DNA of 35,674 nucleotides, taken from positions 1 to 35,674 of the forward strand of contig CAJVPI010000316.1 of NCBI GenBank assembly GCA_910592345.1, written 5' to 3'. Positions 21,956 to 34,467 of this stretch are shown here, one piece after another; positions within the stretch are counted from its first letter, which is position 1; the number at the start of each line of letters is the position of its first letter. The DNA comes from Paraglomus brasilianum (taxonomy: Eukaryota). Both the position numbers and the translations under genes were made by a program. The notes beneath the pieces are model-generated. The model was not told where the DNA came from. It worked only from the letters and a program-made list of their open reading frames with translations, and did not search any database.

Positions 21956-24073
21956 ATGAATTTGGAATTACTGAGTATGATCCATTTATTTCACCTCATG
22001 TTCCCGAATAGGACATACAATATGCCAGTGATCTATTACGTGTATACTTTCGTAATCGCCAGTCCTTACTTGTTTGTTGGTAGATCCATTCGAACAGGAC
22101 TACCCCGAGACAATAGAACAAATACTGTCCGATGGTCCCACATTATCGGTATGCTTTAATAGAAGAGGCACTCTATTAGCTGGTGGCTGTTCGGACGGTA
22201 GCTGTATAATATGGGACTTTGATACGAAGGGTGTTGCAAGGAGGCTGCATGGTCACGTCTCTAAAGTCACTAGTGTCAGGTAAGGGTTTACAAACTGTCG
22301 TGTTCTTCCCCCCCCCCCCCAATCACATGCTTACTCTGTACGTGAATGGCATAGTTGGTCGCGTAATGGGCGATTTCTATTGACTTCGGGCGACGATTTC
22401 AAATGTCACTACTGGGATTTACTCAAAGATTCCGCGCGACCTATAAGATTCGATACTGGGGTGTTGATGGCACAGATGCATCCAAAAAATAAGTTGGTAT
22501 TTGAGACATCAATAATCTCTAGCTTTTTTTTTTTTTTTGGTTTGCTTTTTTAGGGCCAACGAAAAGGTTCACATGCACTGATTGTTGATTCTTGCTTGTT
22601 CTGTTTTCCATTAGTAATGTTTTTGTTGCTGTATTGCGACACAAACCTGCTGTGCTTGTCGACGTAATGAATGACGAGTGCATTGAACTACCATCCATGT
22701 TGGACGAGCTATACGATGGTAATGGAGACGCTAGTGAGAAAGATGCTATTAACAAACTAAAGTAAGAATAAAAACTCGTTGTGAGTACCATTACATTAGT
22801 TACATCATCATATATTGCCTTCTTCATCCCATGTACAATATGTACATGCCCAGCTAACGTTTGTTCATAATTTTTTTTAAATATTTCCAGCTCTCTCCTT
22901 TGCTGCGCTTTCGATCATCGTGGCGAGAGAATCTTTACAGGAACCAGCAAAGGGTATTTCAATATAATCGATATACAAACACGTAAAGTGAGGACGATTT
23001 TACATTTTAAAGGTTGGATACTCTGTCAGTGTTTACGCGCCGATGTTCTCACCGTAATCTAGATCGTTTTCAGTCAGCAGATTACAAGTATTGGCATAAA
23101 ACAGATTAAACTCAGCAGGAATGGCAAGTACGTTTTATGCTCTACTTGGGCAGATACGACTACTATTGCGTATTGATTGTTCACGTTTCCACCCCGATCA
23201 GGGACATACTAGTCAATTCGAATGATAGGACTATTCGTCTTTTCAGTTTGGATGAAAATGGCATGCCGGTATCACGACATAGCTTTATGGATCGTGTCAA
23301 TAGAATGCAATGGAACCAGTGTTGCTTTAACCGTGATGGAGAATATGTCATCGGAGGTCTGCTGCATTATCAATACAATTATATATTCGTCATGTTTGCG
23401 TGTACGTTCTGCCATTCATTTGTTTGGTTTTTACTCAATATTTGTGATGGTAATTTTATTCCAAGGCTCTGCACATAAGGCAGGACATAACATCTACATT
23501 TGGGACAAGAATCTTGGGAGTCTAGTAAAAATGTTGGAGGGCCCAAAAGACGAGTTGGTAGATCTTGCATGGCATCCGGTACGCCCCGTAATCGCATCGG
23601 TCTCCACACAAGCTTATATCTACATTTGGGCAACAAATTACCAAGAGAACTGGAGCGCATTTGCACCAGACTTTAAAGAGCTAGAGGAAAACATTGAATA
23701 TGAAGAACGCGAGGATGAATTTGACATAATAATGGAAGAAGAGGCAAAACGCCAGCAGGAAGGGGAGGATATCGAAGTAGACGTGACCACAGTCGACAAA
23801 CCAACTCTAAATTCAGAAACAGAAGACGAAGACGAAATGTTTTATATTCCTACTAAACTCGATCCACGAACAGTTATCGATGAGGGTGAAGTCGAGGATC
23901 CAATGGATCTTCGAACAACATCAAATTTAGATAAGCCTATGCGTAAAGGCAAGGTCACAAAGAACGATAAAGGTAAGAACAAGCAGAAGAAACAGAGCAA
24001 GCATGACAGGAGCGGCTCTGATGAGTTCCCCCAGAATCAAAAAAAGAAGAAACAGAACAAGAACAAGGATTAG
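21956..24073 (+). CDS. SWD1: COMPASS/Set1C WD40 subunit Swd1 (RBBP5 ortholog), 8 exons
   Basis: Reconstructed exons with GT-AG introns: 21956-21974, 22084-22279, 22355-22492, 22615-22761, 22891-22987, 23063-23127, 23202-23356, 23466-24073. The protein starts MNLELLNPFEQDYPE, has WD40 repeats, contains the hallmark ENWSAFAPDFKELEENIEYEEREDEFD motif and ends in a Lys-rich tail. Confidence 0.96.
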
Positions 24074-24255
24074 TCGTAAAATTATCAGATATATATAGAA
24101 TGCAATTTTAAGTTTTCTATAATCCTTTATTGAAATTTCTCTATTTGAAAAAATAAATAACCGTTTTGAGTTGATTCTATATACAAAACCAAATTTTTAT
24201 TCAAGCAATGGCTTCGATGGGTGGAGGAAAGAGTCGCGTAGAGAGAATTAATAAA

Positions 24256-27200
24256 TCAAAGACATTTGGGTAAAACGCTAAACGGTCTGACGGGTTTGGT
24301 TGATTCCAAGTCTAGAGCGTACCATAAGCACTTTTTGGCACGCTCGATGCGGTTTGTTGTCTCAAAGACATTGCCAAGGAAATACCTTTGCAAATTAAAA
24401 GCAAGCTCGTTAATAGCTCAAAGCGGGCTATAACTACATTGGGACAAATTGAGGACTTACCATGCTTCTGCGCAGTCCCACCCATTCCCTTTGGTTACAC
24501 TGTCGAGCACACCCTCTGCCATTTCAATGTTGCCCGTTTGGATATACGTTCTGCCTAGGTGCACCAAGCTTGGGACATGCTGTGGATCTATTGAAATAGC
24601 TTTATGAAAGGCAGAAATAGCCTTGTCATAATTTTCTTGAGCGAATTGAAGGAGGCCAAACTATACATGCGAGAGAAAAGATTGGCAATTAATTAATTGC
24701 CGAGAACATAAAAATGCACTTTATTTATTCTCGACGCCACACTTACTTGACACCAAACGTCTGGGTTTGCACCATCGATCTCTTCAGCGTTCTGTATGGC
24801 CTTTAGTGTTTCTCCGAGATCATCTTGCCTTCTAAACGATGAAGCCGTCGACAACCACAGCGTGACCAGCTCTTTAGCCGATCTTTGCCGTCGTTGACGT
24901 ATTCTTGCTGTTGGACGAGAGGTAGAGCTAGAGCCCACGACAGATTTTGCGGAAACAATGCCACTTATAGTTGGAGTGGGGCTCTGACCAATACCTGATC
25001 CAGCGGAATTTTTTGATGAGATGGAGGTTGCGTAAGTTGTCTTTGGAACGTCTACGTGAAGAACAATAATACAAGTACAGAAGACACGAATAATTTAAAA
25101 AATTGATTTTTCATTTTGGAAGTGAAATACAAAAGAACCCGTTTGTTATAAAAAACCCTACCTAATTTATCTCGATTTGTCACAGATAACACCGTATCAT
25201 CAGTGACTTCTCTTCTGCTATTCGAATAACTGCGAGCGCTACGCGTACTCCCCGGAGGCTTCATCGATGAATTAATTGTGTCTTCATTCATATCACGTTT
25301 GCGAATACTGCTAGTTTCATAAGGGGAAATGCCGCCATCAGGAAACACCCTTCCATATAACGTAAACAAACTCTCACGATTCTGTAAAGCCGCATCCGGT
25401 CCATTCACGAGTTCTTGCAATGTATTTTGAGTCATTTTAAAACTAAAGAATTCTTCTCCGTCGTCATTTCCTGCGCCAATCAAGATCTCTGCAGGGGAAT
25501 CGGTCGTTTCCCATTCGGAATCTTTGACACCAAGCTCGCATGCCGTTAGTGCACTCTGAATATCTTTTTGTGCAGAGAACGAAAGTGCCAAAAGATGCCA
25601 ACATGGAATGTTCTTGTCATCGATGCGTAAAGCCTTTTCGATGGTGGAGATTGTTAGTCTAATATCACGTGTTATGGCACATTCTAGTGCTAATTGATAT
25701 AACGCCTCGACAGACTCTGGGTCCAACTCTATTGATTTTTGGAGTGCGGATATTGCCTCTTCGTGGAGGCCAGGTCTCTTATCGGGGTCAAGTTCTTTTT
25801 TGAGGAGATAAAAAGTATAATGAGCGTTTGTGTGTGTCAAGCAATTCTGATCCAAAATCTGTACAATTTGTTTATATACCTTCGCGAGCAGCTACGCTGT
25901 GAGCAACGCCAACACACCTCCATACATATGCCAAAAGCTCATCATCTGTTGTGGATGTTTCTTCAGAAATCTCTACAGCCTTTTGCGCATATTGCAGTGC
26001 TTCCTTTGGCTAAGATAAGATATAAAGAAGGATGCATGTGTTCAGCAAGCTATTATACGGATTGTGACATAGGACACACTAATTATAAGAATTTTCTACA
26101 ATAGGGATAAGTTTGTCATAGGTATATCCGTTGATATTGGCGGAAATGTCCATTACCCCAACGAAAATTTGATATCAACCAAAAATTTTACCTTATTGAG
26201 ATATTTTGCCATTAGGTAAACCCCCCTCAATACTGTCTGAATGACATTGCTTGCATCTTCAATTTCACAGAACTTTTTTGCTGAAGATTCTGCATGATGT
26301 AGTTTACGCTCCATATCTTCTCTTTGAGTCTCTTTGGCCTTTTCCACCAATGCAATATACGCATCAAGTGCCAAAGCTGCCTCATCGTATTCACCCAATG
26401 CAATTAAAGAATTAACCAAATGCCGCATAATTAGGGGTGAGTGGAAGGTTTTCTTCGCTGCTCGATACAGCATCTGTTTGCGTGTTTTATGTTCAGATAA
26501 TAAGGATCTCAACAGTCTTCAATGACATGGAATAAAACTAACATATGTTATGACGATTCAAAACCTCGACAACTCCTCGAATTTCCAATATGGTTCCACC
26601 CCCCAACAGAATCCAGTCTGAGATTATCTGATCCACCATTTCGAGTACTCTCCAGTTGACTTCTCCTGCTTGAGGAAATTTGACTATTTGATAAAGAACA
26701 TTTTCGTAAAGCGAATGCAGTTCGGTCAATTCTTGACGGAATGTGCGCGGAGCAGATGAATTTTGCTGGTCGCTAATTGACAAATGAATTGTTAGAAAAC
26801 ATGGTAATTAACGGCAAGAAAGATCAGAAATTCGTGTGATATAAATACTTTGATCCGACGGATGGATAATCATCACTTGGGGGGACATATTCATTTGCAT
26901 TATAGATATTTGAGAGAAACTTTATAAAATGTCTAAATATAACAGCTCTTTTGTTGATCCTAAACGTACTCCACGTGGCGGCATAAACCTGGTAAGTACG
27001 AAAAGATCGAAGTGCAGCGCTGACATTTCTACAAAAACATTATTCATGAAATGCAATTAGCACCAGACAAAGTATGCTCAGCAATCACATTCACCGACAC
27101 TTTACCCGTGTCTCACATTAAGCAATGAAGATCGATATAACGCCTCCTCCGCCCAATACATTGCTTGATCGCATTTCTCGCCTGGTTGTTGAGCCAACTG

Positions 27201-28097
27201 ATGAGCAACTTCATTGTAGCATTTAACGGCACCTTCAGCATCGCCAGTTAATTCGAGCGCCGTTCCTAAGGATGGCGTACGGGTAATGATTAATATTAAG
27301 CATACAACAAGTTTAGCAAACAAGATACACCAATGATCTCAACTAGCCTTTGACAATTAACCTCTGGAGGAGCAATACAAAGTTATACCCAACAGGTGAT
27401 TTTGTGGGTACACGCAGAGCATTCAAAGTTTCTAAACATTCCTTGTACTTTCCAACCACAAACAAAGCGCGACCAAGCACTGTAAAGGTATACTATTTCA
27501 GTCAGATCAAGCTCGTTAGTAGTTCAACAAACTTGCCATCGGGCTGTTCTCTCTCACTTAAATCAAAGTATTACATCTTTGTTAGCATCGTCAATTCTAG
27601 CTTTGGCATTTTCGAGTCTGCCAAATACACCATCAGTAATCTCGCTCTCGTCAATAATAGGAGGCAGCGTTATATAGTCTGGGCCATCGCCGTCGTAGGC
27701 AGAAAGAGAGAATTTTGCTTGTTTTTCCTTTTTCTGAATTGCTTGAACTAGTTCATATTCTGCCAGTGCCGTCTGTTCCAATACTATTTAGTTTGTGCAG
27801 GATGCATTTTATCAAGATTTTGTCATGTTTATATAGGTATTACCAGCAAACAATAAATGATAATTCTAACCTACTCCGTCTGGATTATGCTTTTTATACT
27901 TGCGCGCGAGTTCAGGAATCTCATTCCAGTTTCCTAATGTGAGACAAGTTGAAGCAGGGTTATTGAATGCAAACTTCCTTTCCGAGCCACTATTCTCCAC
28001 ATTGTCGGGACGAGTAATACTGTAATTTATTATTACCTTTGCACCTCGCCGTATCAAGCTCTTTTTCTTTGAGGGCGGCCTTTGTCGAATTCGTCAT
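24256..28097 (-). CDS. YPP1: TPR scaffold Ypp1/TTC7 (Stt4/PI4KIIIalpha complex subunit), multi-exon
   Basis: The start MTNSTKAALKEKELDTARCK (ATG 28097) splices to GNWNEIPELARKYKKHNP. Many TPR-like exons follow (e.g. ALYQLALECA...CWHLLALSFSAQKD). The C-terminus is AKKCLWYALDLESTKPVRPFSVLPKCL* (stop 24256-24258), typical of TTC7/Ypp1. Internal exon borders were not all resolved. Confidence 0.9.
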
Positions 28098-28493
28098 TAA
28101 TGTTTGAAACCTTTTTCGCAATAATTTCAGTAATAGTAACGGATTTGTGTAAAATATGTGAACCAGTAACCAGTCACAAAATTCCTTTTCTATCCAAATT
28201 TGCTAGAATGCAATTTGTTTTTCCAAGTACATACATATTAATATGTACTATGCCGATAATCTTAGAACTTAAACCGCATGTCTCCATCAGGGCTCTTTTC
28301 TTTTTTAAAAAAATGTGTTAAGTATTGTACATACTTCCAACAATTACAATTGATTACGTACATGGGCGAAAAGTTTTGCTTCATTTAATTAAAAAAGAAA
28401 CCGTCTTTTTGATGGCAAGTTAAAGGGGAGGTAGGGCTCATAAGCTCTTGCCAAAGAAAGTGGAAAGATTTCTTTATTGTTTAATAAGTTATA

Positions 28494-29348
28494 CAGTGTG
28501 GGACAAAAAAAACCGGAATTGCAAAATTATGCATTACGCAAGAACCAATGGTGCAAATAAGATGAATTTTATACCATTTGAAAGCTGAAAATAAAATAAT
28601 TTAGTATGGAATGCGTTCACCGTTATTTTCTCACATCGGCGTTTCATTGATCGTACTAACCCAATTAGGGTTTATTGTGGAATATCATCCCATAAAACGC
28701 CGAAATTGCTAATATTTTTCGCATTTTCTTTTCTATATTTCTTTTAACAATACTCCAGAGATTTTCGATTGGGATTTAGGTCAGGACTGTTAGAAGACCA
28801 GTCCATTACTTCGGGCATGTTATCCCGAAGCAAGGCGGCTAGTATGTTTTGGATCGTTGTCTTGTTGAAACCGCCATTCGTCTCCTAGCAAGTCTTCAAT
28901 GTCTGGAAGATGTTTTCGGAGTATGGATACATAAATTATTGACCATTAAAACAGTATAAAATCATCTTATCTCTTATACAGAAGCAAAGATCTTTAGGAT
29001 TAGGATTAATATTAACGGCTCCAGGTTGTTCGAGTTTTTTTAATGTTTTCATAAACCATACTGTGGGATAACCTTGCGTTCATGAATATCTGCATGCCTT
29101 GATCCCACAATTGTTGTATAGCTCGGCGATTTCTCTCTTGTCTGGAAGTCATCGTTCTAATTGATGTTTCTTGAAGAAGTTTTAGGAATGTCGAATTTAA
29201 GAAATAGGATTAGTGCAGAATACCTATAAATTAGCGGTTCAAAGTGAATGAATATAAAGTTCTTTATCTGACAATTATTTACAATTTACATTGTTTAAAT
29301 CGATGCACGATTGAATGTTACAGCCGGTTTTTTTTTTGTCCCACATTG
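28494..29348 (-). mobile_element. Internally deleted Tc1-family transposon (855 bp) with both TIRs and a TA TSD
   Basis: TA|cagtgtgggacaaaaaaaaccgg ... ccggttttttttttgtcccacattg|TA. Minus-strand remnants include an N-terminal MTSRQERNRRAIQQLWDQG (ATG 29152) and the catalytic WRFQQDNDPKHTSRLA...DWSSNSPDLNP/IENLWSIVK (~28745-28885), the Tc1 DD34E-type signature. Confidence 0.95.
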
Positions 29349-29475
29349 TAAGAAACCTGTCGACACTGACTCGAATTCAATAGCACAATTATCTGTTTTA
29401 TTAATTTTAGCAGGGGAGATAGCTGACAGGGTGCAAGTAATATTAATGTTTATTGAATTGTTTGGATAATAATAC

Positions 29476-30078
29476 ATGATTGTTATGTAATATGCTAACA
29501 ATGGTAGTCTTTTATCTTATTTGGATCAAAATACTAACAAATTGACATGGAGGATGAAATTATAGCATTTGAAGGATATTGCAATTCATCAGAGTAGAGT
29601 GATATTCATTCTGTGGAATTAGTACATTGCAATCTTCATGCAGAAACATAGTTGTGCATGATGGTGATTATGAGACACAATCCTTCATATGTGATCTTAG
29701 TCAGGAAATAAGACATATATTCTTTTGGTATTATTATGCATTTGATGGCCACTGGTGAACCACCATTTGGAGATAGGCAAGTTTGATAGAGACTTAATAT
29801 GCGATATTATGGGTGCATTGATGCCTGAGCAATGCTGTGATGCTGATCCTGATAAGCGTCCATCCAATTCATTGGAAACCTATAATCGTATCAAAGATGT
29901 GCTACAGAATAATTCTAGCAATAACATATGGGATACCGTCTATCATAATGATGTAAATCCCTTATTACAGTACGTCTCGAAAAGGAGATTTGAATACTCT
30001 GGTAAACTCTTACTATTACCTGCTGGATATTTGTCCAAACAGAGAAACAGTTATGATTTTATTCAGTTGCAGGTATGA
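29476..30078 (+). pseudogene. 3' fragment of a tyrosine-kinase-like kinase, pseudogene paralog of 31158-33554
   Basis: Aligns to 32910-33620 but has in-frame stops (atgtaatat, ttatag), frameshifts and internal deletions removing the activation segment/APE region. The 5' exons are absent. Confidence 0.93.
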
Positions 30079-31157
30079 CTACAACAATTGGTTACATCTT
30101 GATATTAAATAAAGTCAATTTACAATATTAACGTCGCCCATTTAAATTGTCTTATAATTTAGTGACTCAAAAAATTTTAATAAAACATTCTTACGCGAGT
30201 TTTATGGCAAGAGTTTGCCGTCTTCCAATTATATGATCGAGCCGAGTTAATAAGATTTCAAATAAAAATTGGAGACATGCTTCGCAGAAATTAATGCTAA
30301 TTAGATTTTTTTTGTGGGTTGATTCATAAAATTAATTGTACGTACGTATTCATATCCTTATTTGTAAGTATCTCTAAAGACGAGATGGAAATTGTTAATG
30401 AAGAATGTATTGCTGTATATTTTAAATATTATGACTTATCCGTAAAGTTTATTGTCGGGAAAATGAACGGCTTTCACCCAATATTATTTTGTATCGATAT
30501 GCGCGTAAGCTACATATCGATAGATAACCAAGGCATTTTATTGAATTTACATATTGTTATGATTGAGCAGTAAATTGGTTAGAAGAATGTCGGATTCAAC
30601 TTTGTCGTTTGATACTTTGCAATCCATTGATTCATTAATAGAAAGTGAATAGAAAAGGGGAATATGGCTAATGGTAATATACAACAAAAATCAAAACATA
30701 ATGTGACACTGACGTCCAAATTTCATATAAAAGCGAATTTCGAGAAACAGCTTATAGCGAGTGTATAGTTGACGGGTTGACTTTTAAAATTAAAATGTAT
30801 TCTTGGAAAAGTGTATTACTTCTCTTTGCTTATCTTATCAGCCTGAATATTACTTCTTTACCATTATTTGTTTTTTGCTATTATTAACAAGATAATTGTT
30901 TTCATGACAAATACTGCGTTGATACGTGATTGACGGTTAGTGCAGCGCTTATGAGGTTTGAGAAATTCAATACTTTGGCGGACATCGCAAAGGAAATGTT
31001 AGATGTGGTTAATTCACAACATTCTGAGAACGGGAAATCGGTTTACCTGAGGAAATTTAGTATGTGCCTACTAAGAGCGTCTGCATTGTGGTGCATACAC
31101 AAATTGTTGGACTTTACGGTTTGATGAGGTGCAATGTTACACAATAAAGAGTTGAAT

Positions 31158-33554
31158 ATGTCGTTAGTTCCAGGGGTCAAGAGTATGTATAATCCAGCAA
31201 TTGACAACTTGGTCGCAGCTAGCAAACTTGGATGGATTCATTACTCGGAGATTGCCGACATAGAGTCAAGTCAAATTGGCAACGTCTACTACGCTAATTG
31301 CACGCAAACATTTAACAATGGCAGCGTTAATAAAAAGCTGATGATGCTGGTATTGCTTGGAAGTGTCGAAGAATGTAGAACAACACTCGTGAGCGAGTTT
31401 GCCAGAATATACTCACTTTCGGCCCACAGTAATTATAATGGCAATAACTTCAGAAGATATTCTATATGGCTTTATCGTCACAATTGCTCAATAATAGGAT
31501 TCACCGAGTACGACGATAAATATTATATGGTTGCTGATAGATGCTTTTACCAGTGTTATTCTCTCTATGGATTCTGCTCCGCATGTGGAATACTCAGACG
31601 TAGTCCTGTGTGGTGCATCTGTGGACATAAGGAATTATCCTATGGATGGACTAGCAAAAATAAACAACTCGATGAGTTTATTAAGAAATCTCAATTACAA
31701 ACAAACTCAGCAAATGATGCCTATTTGGAATGGATTCCATTGGATTGTAATGTTAAGTCGGGATATTATAACGGGTGCGATCTACCTACTTATGAAGCGA
31801 CTAAATCCATTCCACTTGAGATAACAGATGAGACAGACTATTTATATTATGACAAGGTGACTATCAAGTATGAATATGTTAATGGTTTAGATAAATATTG
31901 ACTTATGTATCATTTGCTAGTTATGTGATGAACATCCCGATATTCTTATTAACAATGATTGGATTACCATCGGATTCACATATGATATATATGAACGGAA
32001 GTATTGTCTAATAAAATGTGAGGATGGATTATGTCTGGCATGTACGTATCGATTAGAAACTAAGAATGCATTCTGTTATCGGTGTAAAGCACCAAGACCT
32101 CTCGATTGGACTACGGGCAACAAATCTTTGGATTCATTCATTATGGAATCGTGGAATAATACTAGGCATAGATATGATGCCCATATCCAATGGATTGAAT
32201 ACTCTCTATTAAAGAACGTACAACGGATGACATTGTTACGTCATGAATGCACACATATAGCAGATTGGTTAGAACCGACGGCAAATGAATGGACAAAAGT
32301 GACACTCAAGCAGATAGTAATAGGTGATACTCAGTCGCTTGATTTTCAACAGGTAAATTATTTCCCGTGTAAACAATGCATGTGGTATTTCGCGTGTTAA
32401 TTGACGATTGTTGACATTAATTGTATTTTTAGCTAATTAAGGAATACCCAGCGATATTAACTCCAGATAATACTTGGATAATCGGAATCACTCAAGAACC
32501 ATCTACTCAAGCATATCATTTAGTTTTCTACAATGAAATACGTCCAATATTAGACAAAATTATGCAACGTTACGAATATCTAGCACATATGCAGTATACC
32601 GACTTTTATGAACTCAAAGAGATCGGATCTGGTGGTTACAGGACAGTCTATGCTGCCAAATATAAGTATTCGGAAGAAGAGAATATTCCAGAAACTGTTG
32701 TACTAAAACGCTTTAAGAGTTATGATAAGATGCCGGAATTATTTATTAACGAGGTAAGCAATCTTGATATTATTAACTAAAGGAATATTTTAACCTGACT
32801 TTGTATTTATTTTATTTAATAGTTCAGAAATCATGCAAAGTGCTCCAACTGTTCTTACACATTCCTTGAACTTTATGGAGTCACACAAGACCCAGTAACA
32901 AAAGAATACATGATTGTTATGCAGTATGCTAACAACGGTAGTCTTTTAACTTATTTGGGTCAAAATATTAACAAATTGACATGGAGGATGAAATTAGAGC
33001 ATTTGGGAGATATTGCATATTATCTGAACGATATTTATAATGCAGAATTAGTGCATTGTGATCTTCATGGCGGAAACATAGTTTTGCATGATGATGGTTA
33101 TAAGGCACGATCCTTCATATGCGATCTTAGTCTTTCTCAATCAGTGAATTCACATAAACAAAATTCAACCATTCGAGGAGGCGCTTTACCCTTTATTGCA
33201 CCAGAAGTCTTTCATACTTGCAAATTTACACGGAAATCAGACATATATTCTTTCGGTATTATTATGCATTTGATGGCCACTGGTAAACCACCATTTGGAG
33301 ATAGGCAGTTTGATAGAGACTTGATATGCGATATTATGGGTGGACTGCGACCATTGATGCCTGATTCAGCACCAGAAGAATACAAGAAACTTGCCGATCA
33401 GTGCTGTGATGCTGATTCTTATAAGCGTCCAGATGCACGGGAAACCTATAATCGTATCAGAGAGGTGCTACAGAATAATTCTAGCAATAACATATGGAAT
33501 GCCATCTATCATAATGATGTAAAACCCTTATACGTCTCGAAAGGAGAGTGGTAA
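31158..33554 (+). CDS. Tyrosine-kinase-like protein kinase (Glomeromycotina-type expanded family) with N-terminal Cys-knuckle/WTSGN-like modules, 4 exons; possible pseudokinase
   Basis: Exons 31158-31856, 31921-32352, 32433-32753 and 32823-33554 with GT-AG introns, frames continuous. Motifs: GSGGYRTV, VVLK, HCDLHGGN, ICDLSLS, PFIAPE, SDIYSFG. The start is chosen by match to the paralog ATG at 35104. Confidence 0.88.
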
Positions 33555-33869
33555 ACTCTTAGCTACTGGAGATTTGCCCAAACCGAGAAACAGTTCTGAT
33601 GTTATTCAGTTGCAGTATGACTACAACAATTGGTTGCATCTTTGATATTAAATAAAGTCAATTTACAATATTAATGTTGTCCATTGTTATTGTCTTGTAA
33701 TTTAGTGACCCAAAAATTTTTAATAAAACAGTCTTACACGAAATACGACGTCGATGTGGTCGATCAATTTTAAACACAACTAGCAATGCTTCGCAGACTA
33801 ATGCTAATTCGGTATATTTCTTGTAGGAGTTGATTCATAAAATTGATTGCATTCATATCCTTGTTCATA

Positions 33870-34467
33870 CACTCCCTAGAAGAAAGTATCCAATGGGAGT
33901 TTTCTAGCTTAGCTTTTTATTTTCGCCAATCTTTAATTCAAAAAATTTATATTAAGAAGAAATTAAACATAGATTTGTAAACATACCTAAATAAATAAAA
34001 TTTTCAAACACAAAGTGTGTCTTATTCTCGCTTTTTTTTTTTTTTTTTTTTGCCATCTTTTGCTTTTGATTCAAAGTAATTTTTAATGGAAAAGATTATG
34101 CTTTTCAGCCCCTGTGCATAGAGCAAAAGGTATATTACAGTTGGATTAGGGAAAAGAAATCAAGATTTTACGTGACTGGCCGTTTCAATCTCCTGACCTT
34201 ACTCCAATTGAACAACTTTGGGATAAGCTTGAAAGGCAGCTAAAAAACGTCACGGAGTTAGAGATTCCTCTGAGAAGAATGATCACCGAATCCTCATCAA
34301 ACGTATTTCAATTTAATTAAGGGCATGCTAAGAAGGCTTGAGTATCTTGAATAAATAAATTTAAACTTTTAGAACTAAAAATTGGCGAGATTGATTTTAA
34401 TCGCAATTAAAAGCTAAGCGACAAAATTTTTTATGGTCGTTACACTGGATTTTGCATAAACTTGATG
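33870..34467. mobile_element. ~600-bp TA-flanked non-autonomous foldback insertion, Tc1/mariner-like
   Basis: It is absent from the paralogous intergenic site (ttcatatccttatttgtaagtatctc, ~30349-30374). It begins TA|cactccctagaagaaagtatc. Degenerate subterminal inverted similarity exists (gcttagcttttt...tcgccaat ~33907-33930 vs attggcga...aaaagctaagc ~34381-34419). The right TIR is eroded. Confidence 0.6.

Noticed and set aside
22308..22540. Poly-C and poly-T runs as functional elements
   Set aside because: They are simple homopolymers inside SWD1 introns with no further structure.
21884..23478. ORFs 21884-22159, 22519-22827, 23137-23478 and the N-terminus of 23222-24073 as separate proteins
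   Set aside because: They are exon fragments, intron read-through or antisense shadows of the spliced SWD1 gene.
30664..31157. Upstream ATG/ORF 30930-31124 as extra 5' kinase exons
   Set aside because: Clear similarity with the third paralog begins at the ATG (31158 vs 35104), and the upstream ORF is not conserved there.
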